Shown here: positions 8,017-15,592 of the stretch, one piece after another
How positions within the stretch are numbered: position 1 is the stretch's first letter
How the letters are laid out: the number at the start of each line of letters is the position of its first letter
Source: an uncultured Oscillospiraceae bacterium
Lineage (GTDB): Bacteria; Bacillota; Clostridia; Oscillospirales; Ruminococcaceae
DNA length: 24,683 nucleotides
Direction of reading: 5' to 3'
NCBI GenBank assembly: GCA_958427155.1
Contig: CAUABB010000001.1
Span: 1-24,683, forward strand
Notes under the pieces: model-generated
The model's input: only the letters and a program-made list of their open reading frames with translations
Told to the model about the DNA's origin: nothing
Database searches by the model: none
Position numbers and translations under genes: made by a program

Positions 8017-10635
8017 TTATTTACCGTAATAGCATTTAAGGTACATCTCTTTGATCTCGCTCATCAGCGGATAACGGGGATTTGCACCAGTGCACTGGTC
8101 GTCAAATGCATTTTCAACCATTTCGTCCAAAGTTGCAAGGAATGTTTTCTCATCAATTCCGTAATCTTTAATGGTCTTCTTAATGCCGACCTTAGCTTTC
8201 AATTCCTCAATCCCTTTAATGAATTTTTCAAGGGTATCCTGATCGTCCTTGCCGACAAAACCACAGAAGCGAGCGCACTCAGCATAACGAGCCAGGCAAT
8301 GAGGATACTGATACTGCGGGAAGGTTCCCATCTTAGTCGGAACTTCAGCAGCGTTAAAGCGCATAACCTCTGTAATCAACAAGGCATTGGCAACACCATG
8401 CGGCAGATGATGATAAGCGCCGAGCTTATGGGCCATAGAGTGGCAAACTCCCAAGAAAGCGTTCGCAAACGCCATACCAGCCATCGTAGAAGCATCCGCC
8501 ATTTTCTCACGGGCAATCGGATCATTCGCGCCGTTTTCATAAGCGCTAGGCAGGTACTCAAAAATATTTTTCATTGCCTTGAGCGCCAAACCGTCAGTAT
8601 AATCGGTTGCCATAATAGACGCATACGCTTCAAGAGCATGGGTCAGAGCGTCAATACCGGAAGCACTGGTCAGGCCCTTCGGCTGAGTCATCATATTGTC
8701 CGCATCAATAATTGCCATTTTCGGCAGGAGCTCATAATCAGCCAACGGATATTTAACACCGGTTGACTCATCGGTAATAACCGCAAACGGTGTTACCTCA
8801 GAACCGGTACCAGAAGAAGTAGGAATTGCAACAAAGTAAGCTTTTTCACCCATTTTCGGGAAGGTGTAAACTCTCTTACGAATATCCATAAAGCGCATTG
8901 CCATATCAAGGAAGTCGACTTCCGGATGTTCATACATTACCCACATAATTTTACCAGCGTCCATCGCGGAACCACCGCCGAGGGCAATAATACAGTCAGG
9001 CTCAAAAGAGAGCATTGCTTTTGTACCTTCTTTAGCGCAAGCCAAAGTCGGATCTGGAGCAACATCATAGAAACAGGTATGCTGAATTCCCATTTCATCG
9101 AGCTTATCCTCAATCGGTATTACATAACCGTTTTTGTAAAGGAAAGAGTCAGTGACAATAAAGGCTTTTTTCTTATGCATAATGGTTCCGAGTTCATCCA
9201 ACGCAACCGGCATGCAGCCCTTCTTGAAGTAAACTTTTTCAGGAGCTCTAAACCACAGCATATTTTCCCTTCTCTCCGCAACAGTTTTAATATTAATCAG
9301 GTGTTTTACCCCTACATTTTCCGAAACGGAGTTACCACCCCAGGAACCGCAACCAAGAGTAAGAGACGGAGCGAGTTTAAAGTTGTACAGATCTCCAATA
9401 CCACCGTGAGAAGACGGGGTGTTGATCAAGATTCGGCAGGTTTTCATCGCAGCTGCATGTTTCGCAATCTTTTCTTTCTGAGCAGGATGGACATAAAGGG
9501 AAGCAGTATGACCATAGCCACCATCAGCAACTAGACGCTCCGCTTTTGCAATCGCGTCATCAAAGTCCTTTGCTTTATACATGGCAAGAACCGGAGAAAG
9601 TTTCTCATGAGCAAACTCTTCTGAAATATCAACCGATTCAACTTCACCAATCAAAATTTTAGTGGTTTCAGGAACTGTAACGCCAGCAAGTTTAGCAATT
9701 GTATAGGCAGACTGTCCAACGATCTTAGCGTTAAGAGCGCCGTTGATCAAGATGGTCTTTCTAACCTTATCAATCTCATCGCCCTTGAGGAAGTAGCAGC
9801 CTCTAGCCGCAAACTCTTTTTTAACCTCATCATATACGCCCTCCAAAACAGTTACAGACTGCTCAGAAGCGCAGATCATACCATTGTCAAAAGTTTTAGA
9901 ATGGATGATAGAGTTAACCGCCAGCCTAACATCAGCTGTATCATCAATAATAACCGGAGTATTACCAGCACCAACGCCCAAAGCCGGTTTTCCAGAAGAA
10001 TAAGCCGCCTTAACCATACCAGGACCACCGGTAGCCAAAATTGTATCCGCGTCTCTCATTAACTCGTTGGTGAGTTCAAGGGAAGGAACATCAATCCAAG
10101 AAATAATGCCTTCCGGCGCACCAGCTTTAACAGCGGCGTCCAAAACAACTTTTGCTGCCTCAATCGTACAGTTCTTCGCACGTGGATGAGGGCTGATGAT
10201 AATTGCATTCCTGGTTTTTAGGCAGATCAAACATTTAAAAATCGCTGTGGAAGTCGGGTTCGTGGTTGGAATTACCGCACCGATAATCCCGATCGGCTCC
10301 GCAATTTTTTTGATACCAAACGCAGGATCCTCTTCAATTACGCCGCAGGTTTTTTCATTTTTATACTTATTGTAGATATATTCAGCGGCATAGTGATTTT
10401 TAATCACCTTATCCTCCACTACGCCCATACCGGTTTCTTCAACCGCCATTTTCGCAAGAGGAATCCGCTGCTTGTTGGCAGCCATCGCAGCCGCTTTGAA
10501 GATCGCATCAACCTTTTCCTGAGAATAAGTTGCAAATTCCTTCTGCGCTTTTCTCATAGCAGCCATTTTAGCAACCAGAGCCTCAACGGTGTCAATGATC
10601 TCCGGCACGTTTGTGTTCGGATCTTTTTTTGCCAT
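8017..10635 (-). CDS. adhE: Bifunctional acetaldehyde-CoA/alcohol dehydrogenase
   Basis: 872 aa. ALDH domain (PTTNPTST, ATGGPGMV, FDNGMICASEQ), linker LGCGSWGGNS, Fe-ADH domain (ALGGGSAMD, GTGSEVTP, HSMAHKLG...HG); AGGAGG RBS. Confidence 0.97.
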   Translation of the reverse strand: MAKKDPNTNVPEIIDTVEALVAKMAAMRKAQKEFATYSQEKVDAIFKAAAMAANKQRIPLAKMAVEETGMGVVEDKVIKNHYAAEYIYNKYKNEKTCGVIEEDPAFGIKKIAEPIGIIGAVIPTTNPTSTAIFKCLICLKTRNAIIISPHPRAKNCTIEAAKVVLDAAVKAGAPEGIISWIDVPSLELTNELMRDADTILATGGPGMVKAAYSSGKPALGVGAGNTPVIIDDTADVRLAVNSIIHSKTFDNGMICASEQSVTVLEGVYDEVKKEFAARGCYFLKGDEIDKVRKTILINGALNAKIVGQSAYTIAKLAGVTVPETTKILIGEVESVDISEEFAHEKLSPVLAMYKAKDFDDAIAKAERLVADGGYGHTASLYVHPAQKEKIAKHAAAMKTCRILINTPSSHGGIGDLYNFKLAPSLTLGCGSWGGNSVSENVGVKHLINIKTVAERRENMLWFRAPEKVYFKKGCMPVALDELGTIMHKKKAFIVTDSFLYKNGYVIPIEDKLDEMGIQHTCFYDVAPDPTLACAKEGTKAMLSFEPDCIIALGGGSAMDAGKIMWVMYEHPEVDFLDMAMRFMDIRKRVYTFPKMGEKAYFVAIPTSSGTGSEVTPFAVITDESTGVKYPLADYELLPKMAIIDADNMMTQPKGLTSASGIDALTHALEAYASIMATDYTDGLALKAMKNIFEYLPSAYENGANDPIAREKMADASTMAGMAFANAFLGVCHSMAHKLGAYHHLPHGVANALLITEVMRFNAAEVPTKMGTFPQYQYPHCLARYAECARFCGFVGKDDQDTLEKFIKGIEELKAKVGIKKTIKDYGIDEKTFLATLDEMVENAFDDQCTGANPRYPLMSEIKEMYLKCYYGK

Positions 10636-10769
10636 GATTAAATCCTCCTTAAAATCATTGCAGTGTCTTTATAAACACTGTCCCACAGCGTTTACCGACT
10701 TAAAAGGTCTCTCTTGAAATTCCGGTTTTTGCTGAATAAAATTCTCATTTTAATTTCGCAAAAACCTGT

Positions 10770-10787
10770 GTGTTATTTTTCTAACAA
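10770..10787. promoter_or_regulatory. Rex operator (proximal, near the predicted adhE +1)
   Basis: Minus strand TTGTTAG-AAAA-ATAACAC compared with the clostridial Rex consensus TTGTTAA-N4-TTAACAA. Confidence 0.65.
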
Positions 10788-10791
10788 AGTC

Positions 10792-10820
10792 ATAATAGCA
10801 TATTTAACTTGCTTTGTCTA
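10792..10820 (-). promoter_or_regulatory. Sigma-A promoter of adhE
   Basis: TAGACA-17 nt-TATTAT with an extended -10 TG. Confidence 0.65.
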
Positions 10821-10845
10821 CACTTTTTTTGACCTTTTTTAAAAT

Positions 10846-10863
10846 TTGTTTATTTTTTAACAA
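10846..10863. promoter_or_regulatory. Rex operator (distal)
   Basis: TTGTTTA-TTTT-TTAACAA, one mismatch to the Rex consensus, upstream of adhE, a classic Rex target. Confidence 0.8.
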
Positions 10864-10990
10864 TTAACAGAAAAAACCCTTCTCTGTCCCGTCAAACCGA
10901 CGAAACCTACTTGATTTTATTTAGAAGTTCAAGGCTTTTTCTATTATAAAGTCTTGCTTGCAAAATTCTCGTTAAAGGCTTCGTTTTCAT

Positions 10991-11019
10991 TTGCGCCTGA
11001 CAAACAAACGCTTTATAAT
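10991..11019 (+). promoter_or_regulatory. Putative sigma-A promoter of the EndoQ-UvrD gene
   Basis: TTGCGC-17-TATAAT (alternatively CTGACA-16-TATAAT), followed by an AGGAGG RBS. Confidence 0.5.
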
Positions 11020-11047
11020 ATAATTATCATGCTCAGGAGGACTTTTT

Positions 11048-14000
11048 ATGTATATTGCCGATCTACATATTCATTCCAAATATTCCAGAGCGACCAGCAG
11101 AGACTGCGATATTCCCCATCTAGATCTTTGGGCAAGGAGAAAAGGGATTCACTTACTGGGAACGGGAGATTTTACCCATCCTGCCTGGAGACAGGAAATG
11201 GAGGAACAGCTTGTCCCCGCCGGGGACGGCACGTATCTTCTCAAAAAGGATTGTTCTCTGGAAGACGACACAGCAGATATTTTCTCTACTCCGCATTTTG
11301 TTATCAGTGGGGAAATCAGCTCTATTTATAAAAAGTACGGTAAGACTCGTAAAGTACATAACCTAATTCTTCTTCCAAACCTGGAAGGAGCAAAACTGTT
11401 GGCTGATAAGCTGGAGGCTATCGGCAACATTCACTCAGATGGACGTCCTATTTTAGGGCTTGATAGTCGTGATCTTCTGGAAATTACACTGGAAACCTGT
11501 CCTGATGCTATTTTTATTCCCGCACATATCTGGACCCCCCATTTTTCTCTTTTCGGCGCCTTTTCCGGGTTTAATACTATTGAAGAGTGTTTTGAAGACC
11601 TTACTCCCTACATTCACGCTGTAGAAACCGGACTTTCTTCTGATCCACCAATGAACCGTCGCGTTTCGGCTTTAGATTCTTATTTACTGGTATCAAATTC
11701 TGACGCTCATTCTCCGCAAAAGCTTGGACGGGAAGCTAATCTTTTGGATACGGAGCTTACCTATAGCGGATTGAAGCGAGCAATTGAAACCGGTGATGGA
11801 TTTTATGGTACAATCGAATTTTTTCCAGAAGAGGGAAAATATCATCTGGACGGTCATCGAAACTGTGGCGTCTGCCTAACTCCGCAGGAAACAATTCAGT
11901 ACGAAGGAAGATGCCCTGTCTGCGGGAAAAAGCTCACTATTGGGGTAGAACATCGGGTAGAAGAATTGGCGGATCGTCAAAAAGATGCCCTTCCTCCCGG
12001 CATGAAACCTTTTGAGAGTCTTGTCCCCCTTCTTGAAACCATTGGAAATTCCTGTGGGATCTCTCCAAATGGAAAAAAGGCTGCAATAATATATCAGGGG
12101 CTTCTTAAATCAGTCGGTCCGGAATTCTATATTCTCCGTAAAGCGCCACTAGATTTAATTCAACAGAAGAGTGGAATTTGCATTGCAGAAGGAATTCGCC
12201 GTCTTAGGGAAGGAAGAGTCCAAAGAACGCCTGGATATGACGGTGAGTATGGCGTAATTTCTCTTTTAAATCCTGCTGAAATCGAAGAATTAAACGGCCA
12301 AGCTTCTCTTTTCGGCCCTGCCTTTTTCCAACCTCCAATAAAGCGAAATCTTCACAAGGAGTCAAAGCAAGTAAAACTTAAAGAAAAAAAGGAAACAGCC
12401 GCAACTTTCCAACAGGAACAACTCAATTTGGAACAACGGGAAGCCGCAACCGCACCGGAACCGGCAATTGCCGTAATTGCTGGCCCCGGAACCGGCAAAA
12501 CCAAAACTCTGATTGCCCGGATTGCTTGGCTTTTAGAATCAGGCGACGCAAAACCAGCTGAAATCACTGCAGTTACCTTTACCAACCAGGCCGCTGAAGA
12601 AATGCGTCACCGGCTTGAAAAACACTTTGGAGGGAAAAATGCTCTACGCGGAATTACAATTGGAACTTTTCACTCCGTTTGTCTGAAGCAACTTGGTTCG
12701 CCTACATTAATTAGCCGCTCCGAAGCGCTCGAGGCCTCTGAAAAAATTCTTAATGAAGTGGGACTGAAAGAAACACCTTCTCGTTTTCTTCAACTGATTT
12801 CCGGATATAAAAACGGTGTTATTGCGCCGAACGAAGAAGTGCTATGTGCCATTCAGAAATATCAAGCTCTTCTTCAAAGCTGGGATGTTTTGGACTTTGA
12901 CGATCTTTTGGCTGAGTCTCTAAAAATTTTGCCGAAAAGCTCAAAAAGCTTCACCCATCTTCTAGTTGATGAATTTCAGGACATCAATGGCCTCCAGTAT
13001 AATCTTATACGCAAATGGTCGGAATGTGGAAAAAGTCTTTTTGTAATTGGAGATCCTGATCAAGCAATCTATGGCTTCCGTGGTGCCACAAACGGATGTT
13101 TTGAACGTCTTCGGAAGGAAATCCCCTCCCTGCGGGTTATTCACCTGATTCAAAACTACCGTTCCACACCGCAAATTCTATCCTGTGCCCATCTAGTCCT
13201 ACCGGAAGACAGAACCCGTCAAGAACTGATTGCTAACCGTCCAAAAGGAGAACCGGTTCGGTTGGTAGAGGCAGATAGGGATTTTTCCGAAGGCATCTTT
13301 ATTGCAAAAGGAATCAGCGGAAGGACGGGAGGTGTGGACATGCTGGAAAGCCAGCGTTCAGCTGAACGCACGGTTTTTCGTTCGTTTTCTGACATTGCCA
13401 TTCTTTGCCGCACTCATCGCCAAGCAGATCTGATTGAAAAATGCTTGCGTCATGACAGTATCCCTTGTATTGTAACTGGACGGGAAGACTTTCTGGAAGA
13501 TTTAGAAGTGCGTGGTACTCTTTCGTTTTTCCGTTTTCTGCTGAACCCAAAGGATTTTCCGTCTCTGCGTTCTTCTCTCCGTTATATTTGGGACTGCCCA
13601 TCTGATTTAATCGACCATGCCTTTTCCTATTTAGGCACTATGAAAATATTGGAACCAGCTTCTTGCCTGAATGAATTTAAAGGATTAGGAGTACTGGAGC
13701 TCTGGGCCAAGGCCACCGAAACCTATCTTCCCCTTATTAAAAAAGAAAAGCCCCGAAAACTACTTGAACGTTGGATAGAAGGAAAAAAGTATTCTGCTGC
13801 CATGGAAAAGCTTCTCCAATCATCTGTTTTTTTCAATGACACTTCTTCTTTCCTTGAAAACCTTCTTTTAGGGCAGGAAGCCGATTTCAACCGTGCAGCT
13901 GAAAAGAACTATGAGTCTGGTGCTGTCCGGCTGATGACTCTACACGGATCAAAAGGGTTAGAATTTCCCGTTGTTTTTCTGGTGGGTGTAAAAAAAGGAA

Positions 14001-14206
14001 ATATTCCATTTGAATCAATAAGGCATCCGTCCAATTCAGATGAAGAAAGAAGGCTCTTTTTTGTTGGAATGACCCGAGCTAAGGAAGAGCTGATACTTTC
14101 CGCTGCTGGAGAACTCTCTCCCTTTTTGGATGGACTGAGACTTAAACGAGAAACGACAAAACCAATCAAGGCCGCTTCTTCGGTTGAGCAGCTCAGTTTA
14201 TTTTAA
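11048..14206 (+). CDS. Endonuclease Q-like PHP/Zn-finger domain fused to a UvrD/PcrA-type SF1 helicase
   Basis: Residues 1-~420: DLHIHSKYS, GTGD, PAHIWTP, ETGLSSD, NSDAHS, GKYHLDGHRNC..C, CPVC, PGYDGEYG. Residues ~459-1052: LNLEQ, AGPGTGKT, TFTNQAA, TFHS, DEFQD, GDPDQAIYGFRGA, NYRS, TLHGSKGLEF, EERRLFFVGMTRAK. Confidence 0.9.
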   Translation: MYIADLHIHSKYSRATSRDCDIPHLDLWARRKGIHLLGTGDFTHPAWRQEMEEQLVPAGDGTYLLKKDCSLEDDTADIFSTPHFVISGEISSIYKKYGKTRKVHNLILLPNLEGAKLLADKLEAIGNIHSDGRPILGLDSRDLLEITLETCPDAIFIPAHIWTPHFSLFGAFSGFNTIEECFEDLTPYIHAVETGLSSDPPMNRRVSALDSYLLVSNSDAHSPQKLGREANLLDTELTYSGLKRAIETGDGFYGTIEFFPEEGKYHLDGHRNCGVCLTPQETIQYEGRCPVCGKKLTIGVEHRVEELADRQKDALPPGMKPFESLVPLLETIGNSCGISPNGKKAAIIYQGLLKSVGPEFYILRKAPLDLIQQKSGICIAEGIRRLREGRVQRTPGYDGEYGVISLLNPAEIEELNGQASLFGPAFFQPPIKRNLHKESKQVKLKEKKETAATFQQEQLNLEQREAATAPEPAIAVIAGPGTGKTKTLIARIAWLLESGDAKPAEITAVTFTNQAAEEMRHRLEKHFGGKNALRGITIGTFHSVCLKQLGSPTLISRSEALEASEKILNEVGLKETPSRFLQLISGYKNGVIAPNEEVLCAIQKYQALLQSWDVLDFDDLLAESLKILPKSSKSFTHLLVDEFQDINGLQYNLIRKWSECGKSLFVIGDPDQAIYGFRGATNGCFERLRKEIPSLRVIHLIQNYRSTPQILSCAHLVLPEDRTRQELIANRPKGEPVRLVEADRDFSEGIFIAKGISGRTGGVDMLESQRSAERTVFRSFSDIAILCRTHRQADLIEKCLRHDSIPCIVTGREDFLEDLEVRGTLSFFRFLLNPKDFPSLRSSLRYIWDCPSDLIDHAFSYLGTMKILEPASCLNEFKGLGVLELWAKATETYLPLIKKEKPRKLLERWIEGKKYSAAMEKLLQSSVFFNDTSSFLENLLLGQEADFNRAAEKNYESGAVRLMTLHGSKGLEFPVVFLVGVKKGNIPFESIRHPSNSDEERRLFFVGMTRAKEELILSAAGELSPFLDGLRLKRETTKPIKAASSVEQLSLF

Positions 14207-14256
14207 TTAAATTTGTTTAGGATGCCCTGTGGTAAATCACCGCAAATCCGGTTATT

Positions 14257-14291
14257 AAGCGGCGGAAGCAATACTACTTCCGCCGCTTTTT
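14257..14291. terminator. Intrinsic terminator between convergent genes (T-tail on +)
   Basis: AAGCGGCGGAAG-loop-CTTCCGCCGCTTTTT. Confidence 0.85.
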
Positions 14292-14304
14292 GTATTATCC
14301 ACCA

Positions 14305-14811
14305 TTACGCGGCATCCTGATTATATTCTTCCCATTCGCACCGGATCATTACAATATGCCAAGACAACTCTTCTTTAGACAGCCCGCGAATCCGCATAAT
14401 TTCATCACGTGTGAATTGATTGACAAGCATCCAGGCCGTTACCTGAATATTTTCTTCTAACCGTTGCATAAAATCCCAAAAAACAACCCCGTTGACAAAA
14501 TCTCCTGTACCGTGATATAGCTGACTGACAGTAGGACTTTCCTCATCTCCAATCGGCATATCTAATGAAAGTTCACTTTCAATCCGTCTGATTCGATTTT
14601 GGCGTTGCCTCTCTCGTTTTAAAGCTTCAAATACAACCTCTTTTGCATAAGGAAGAAACGCAGACAGTCCTTGAAGATAAGTGCGAACAGCGCATAAAAA
14701 TCCCGTTCTGGCAATCATTGGACGGTCCTGTTCTTCGAGCCCTCGGCCAAATCGGCGACACCACACCATAATTTCGTCTTCATAAGCGTTTATTACATCT
14801 AATTCTGTCAT
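14305..14811 (-). CDS. Divergent sigma70-like protein (region 2, SLD linker, region-4 HTH)
   Basis: DRPMIARTGFLCAVRTY...AFLPYAKEVV resembles region 2 (DLxQxGxxGLxxAxxxF...FxTYA). SLDMPIGDEE resembles region 3.2. The C-terminal FTRDEIMRIRGLSKEEL is HTH-like. GGAGGA RBS lies inside the end of the upstream gene. Confidence 0.65.
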   Translation of the reverse strand: MTELDVINAYEDEIMVWCRRFGRGLEEQDRPMIARTGFLCAVRTYLQGLSAFLPYAKEVVFEALKRERQRQNRIRRIESELSLDMPIGDEESPTVSQLYHGTGDFVNGVVFWDFMQRLEENIQVTAWMLVNQFTRDEIMRIRGLSKEELSWHIVMIRCEWEEYNQDAA

Positions 14812-14813
14812 AT

Positions 14814-15260
14814 TTATTCCTCCTTTGGAAGCATAGAGGTAAGGCCGTTTTTACGTGGCTTTTTGGCACGTTCCGATGTAACCTTCTGGATAGGAAAACG
14901 ATATTCCTGAATGTATTTTCCTATCCAAATTCCGTCCTCTACAGATTCCACTTCAAAATGAGCCGGAAGCGAAACTCCACTCTCACGCAAGGCTTTTCCA
15001 AGCGATTTCATACCGAACGCACCACTTTTAGGAACTCGAACCGTATACTGATCTTCTTCCTCACAGAGTTCTAACAAAATTTGTTTTTCTTTGCTCCAGT
15101 AAGAAATCTTCAAAAAACGCAACGGTACTTCTCCGAACAAAGCCTGGAAAAATTTTAAGTTCAGTCTTACCATATTATCCGCCATTACATTAAAAGCTGG
15201 TAAAGTACCAGGACTTTTATTTGGAAGTAGTGCTCTGAAATTAGAACGGTCAAAATTCAT
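14814..15260 (-). CDS. Hypothetical protein, possibly a tandem AbrB/MraZ-like swapped-hairpin DNA-binding fold with a basic tail
   Basis: 148 aa from ATG 15260 (GTG 15302 is an alternative start). The hydrophobic pattern suggests two beta-beta-alpha-beta-beta units. Only 2 nt separate it from the sigma-like gene. Confidence 0.6.
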   Translation of the reverse strand: MNFDRSNFRALLPNKSPGTLPAFNVMADNMVRLNLKFFQALFGEVPLRFLKISYWSKEKQILLELCEEEDQYTVRVPKSGAFGMKSLGKALRESGVSLPAHFEVESVEDGIWIGKYIQEYRFPIQKVTSERAKKPRKNGLTSMLPKEE

Positions 15261-15327
15261 TGCTGTCAACACTTCTTTCGTCAAAATTCGGGTAAATCCC
15301 ACCTTTATTATATATTTTGTTTAGCCT

Positions 15328-15354
15328 TGTTTCATCTGTCAAAGAGATGAAACA
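15328..15354. promoter_or_regulatory. Palindromic operator-like site over the promoter region of the two-gene module
   Basis: Perfect 10-bp arms TGTTTCATCT-GTCAAAG-AGATGAAACA. Minus-strand TTGACA (15337-15342) sits at its centre, and a minus-strand ATGAAA-17-TATAAT (15307-15335) overlaps it. Confidence 0.55.
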
Positions 15355-15522
15355 TTTCACGTTTTTTTATGGAGAACAATACTATTCAGGGCATAAGAAA
15401 ATATGGTATAATAAAAATGTTGTGAATAAAAATTCAACCCATCTTGTTTGCTTCTACAGAGATGAAAAAAATTTTTGAGTTTTTGCTTGTGCTCACTGTT
15501 GTTTTATAGATTTTTTCAGAAC

Positions 15523-15565
15523 AAAATGCCGGGCTGTTTTCTTTTAAAAACAGCCCGGCATTTTT
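15523..15565. terminator. Bidirectional intrinsic terminator
   Basis: 18-bp arms AAAATGCCGGGCTGTTTT / AAAACAGCCCGGCATTTT. Confidence 0.85.
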
Positions 15566-15592
15566 GAAGTTCAATTATTTTTATTTTGATTT

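Noticed and set aside
10954..11331. 125-aa + strand ORF overlapping the EndoQ start
   Set aside because: It is an alternate-frame overlap with a TTG start and no motifs. The real gene has AGGAGG before ATG 11048.
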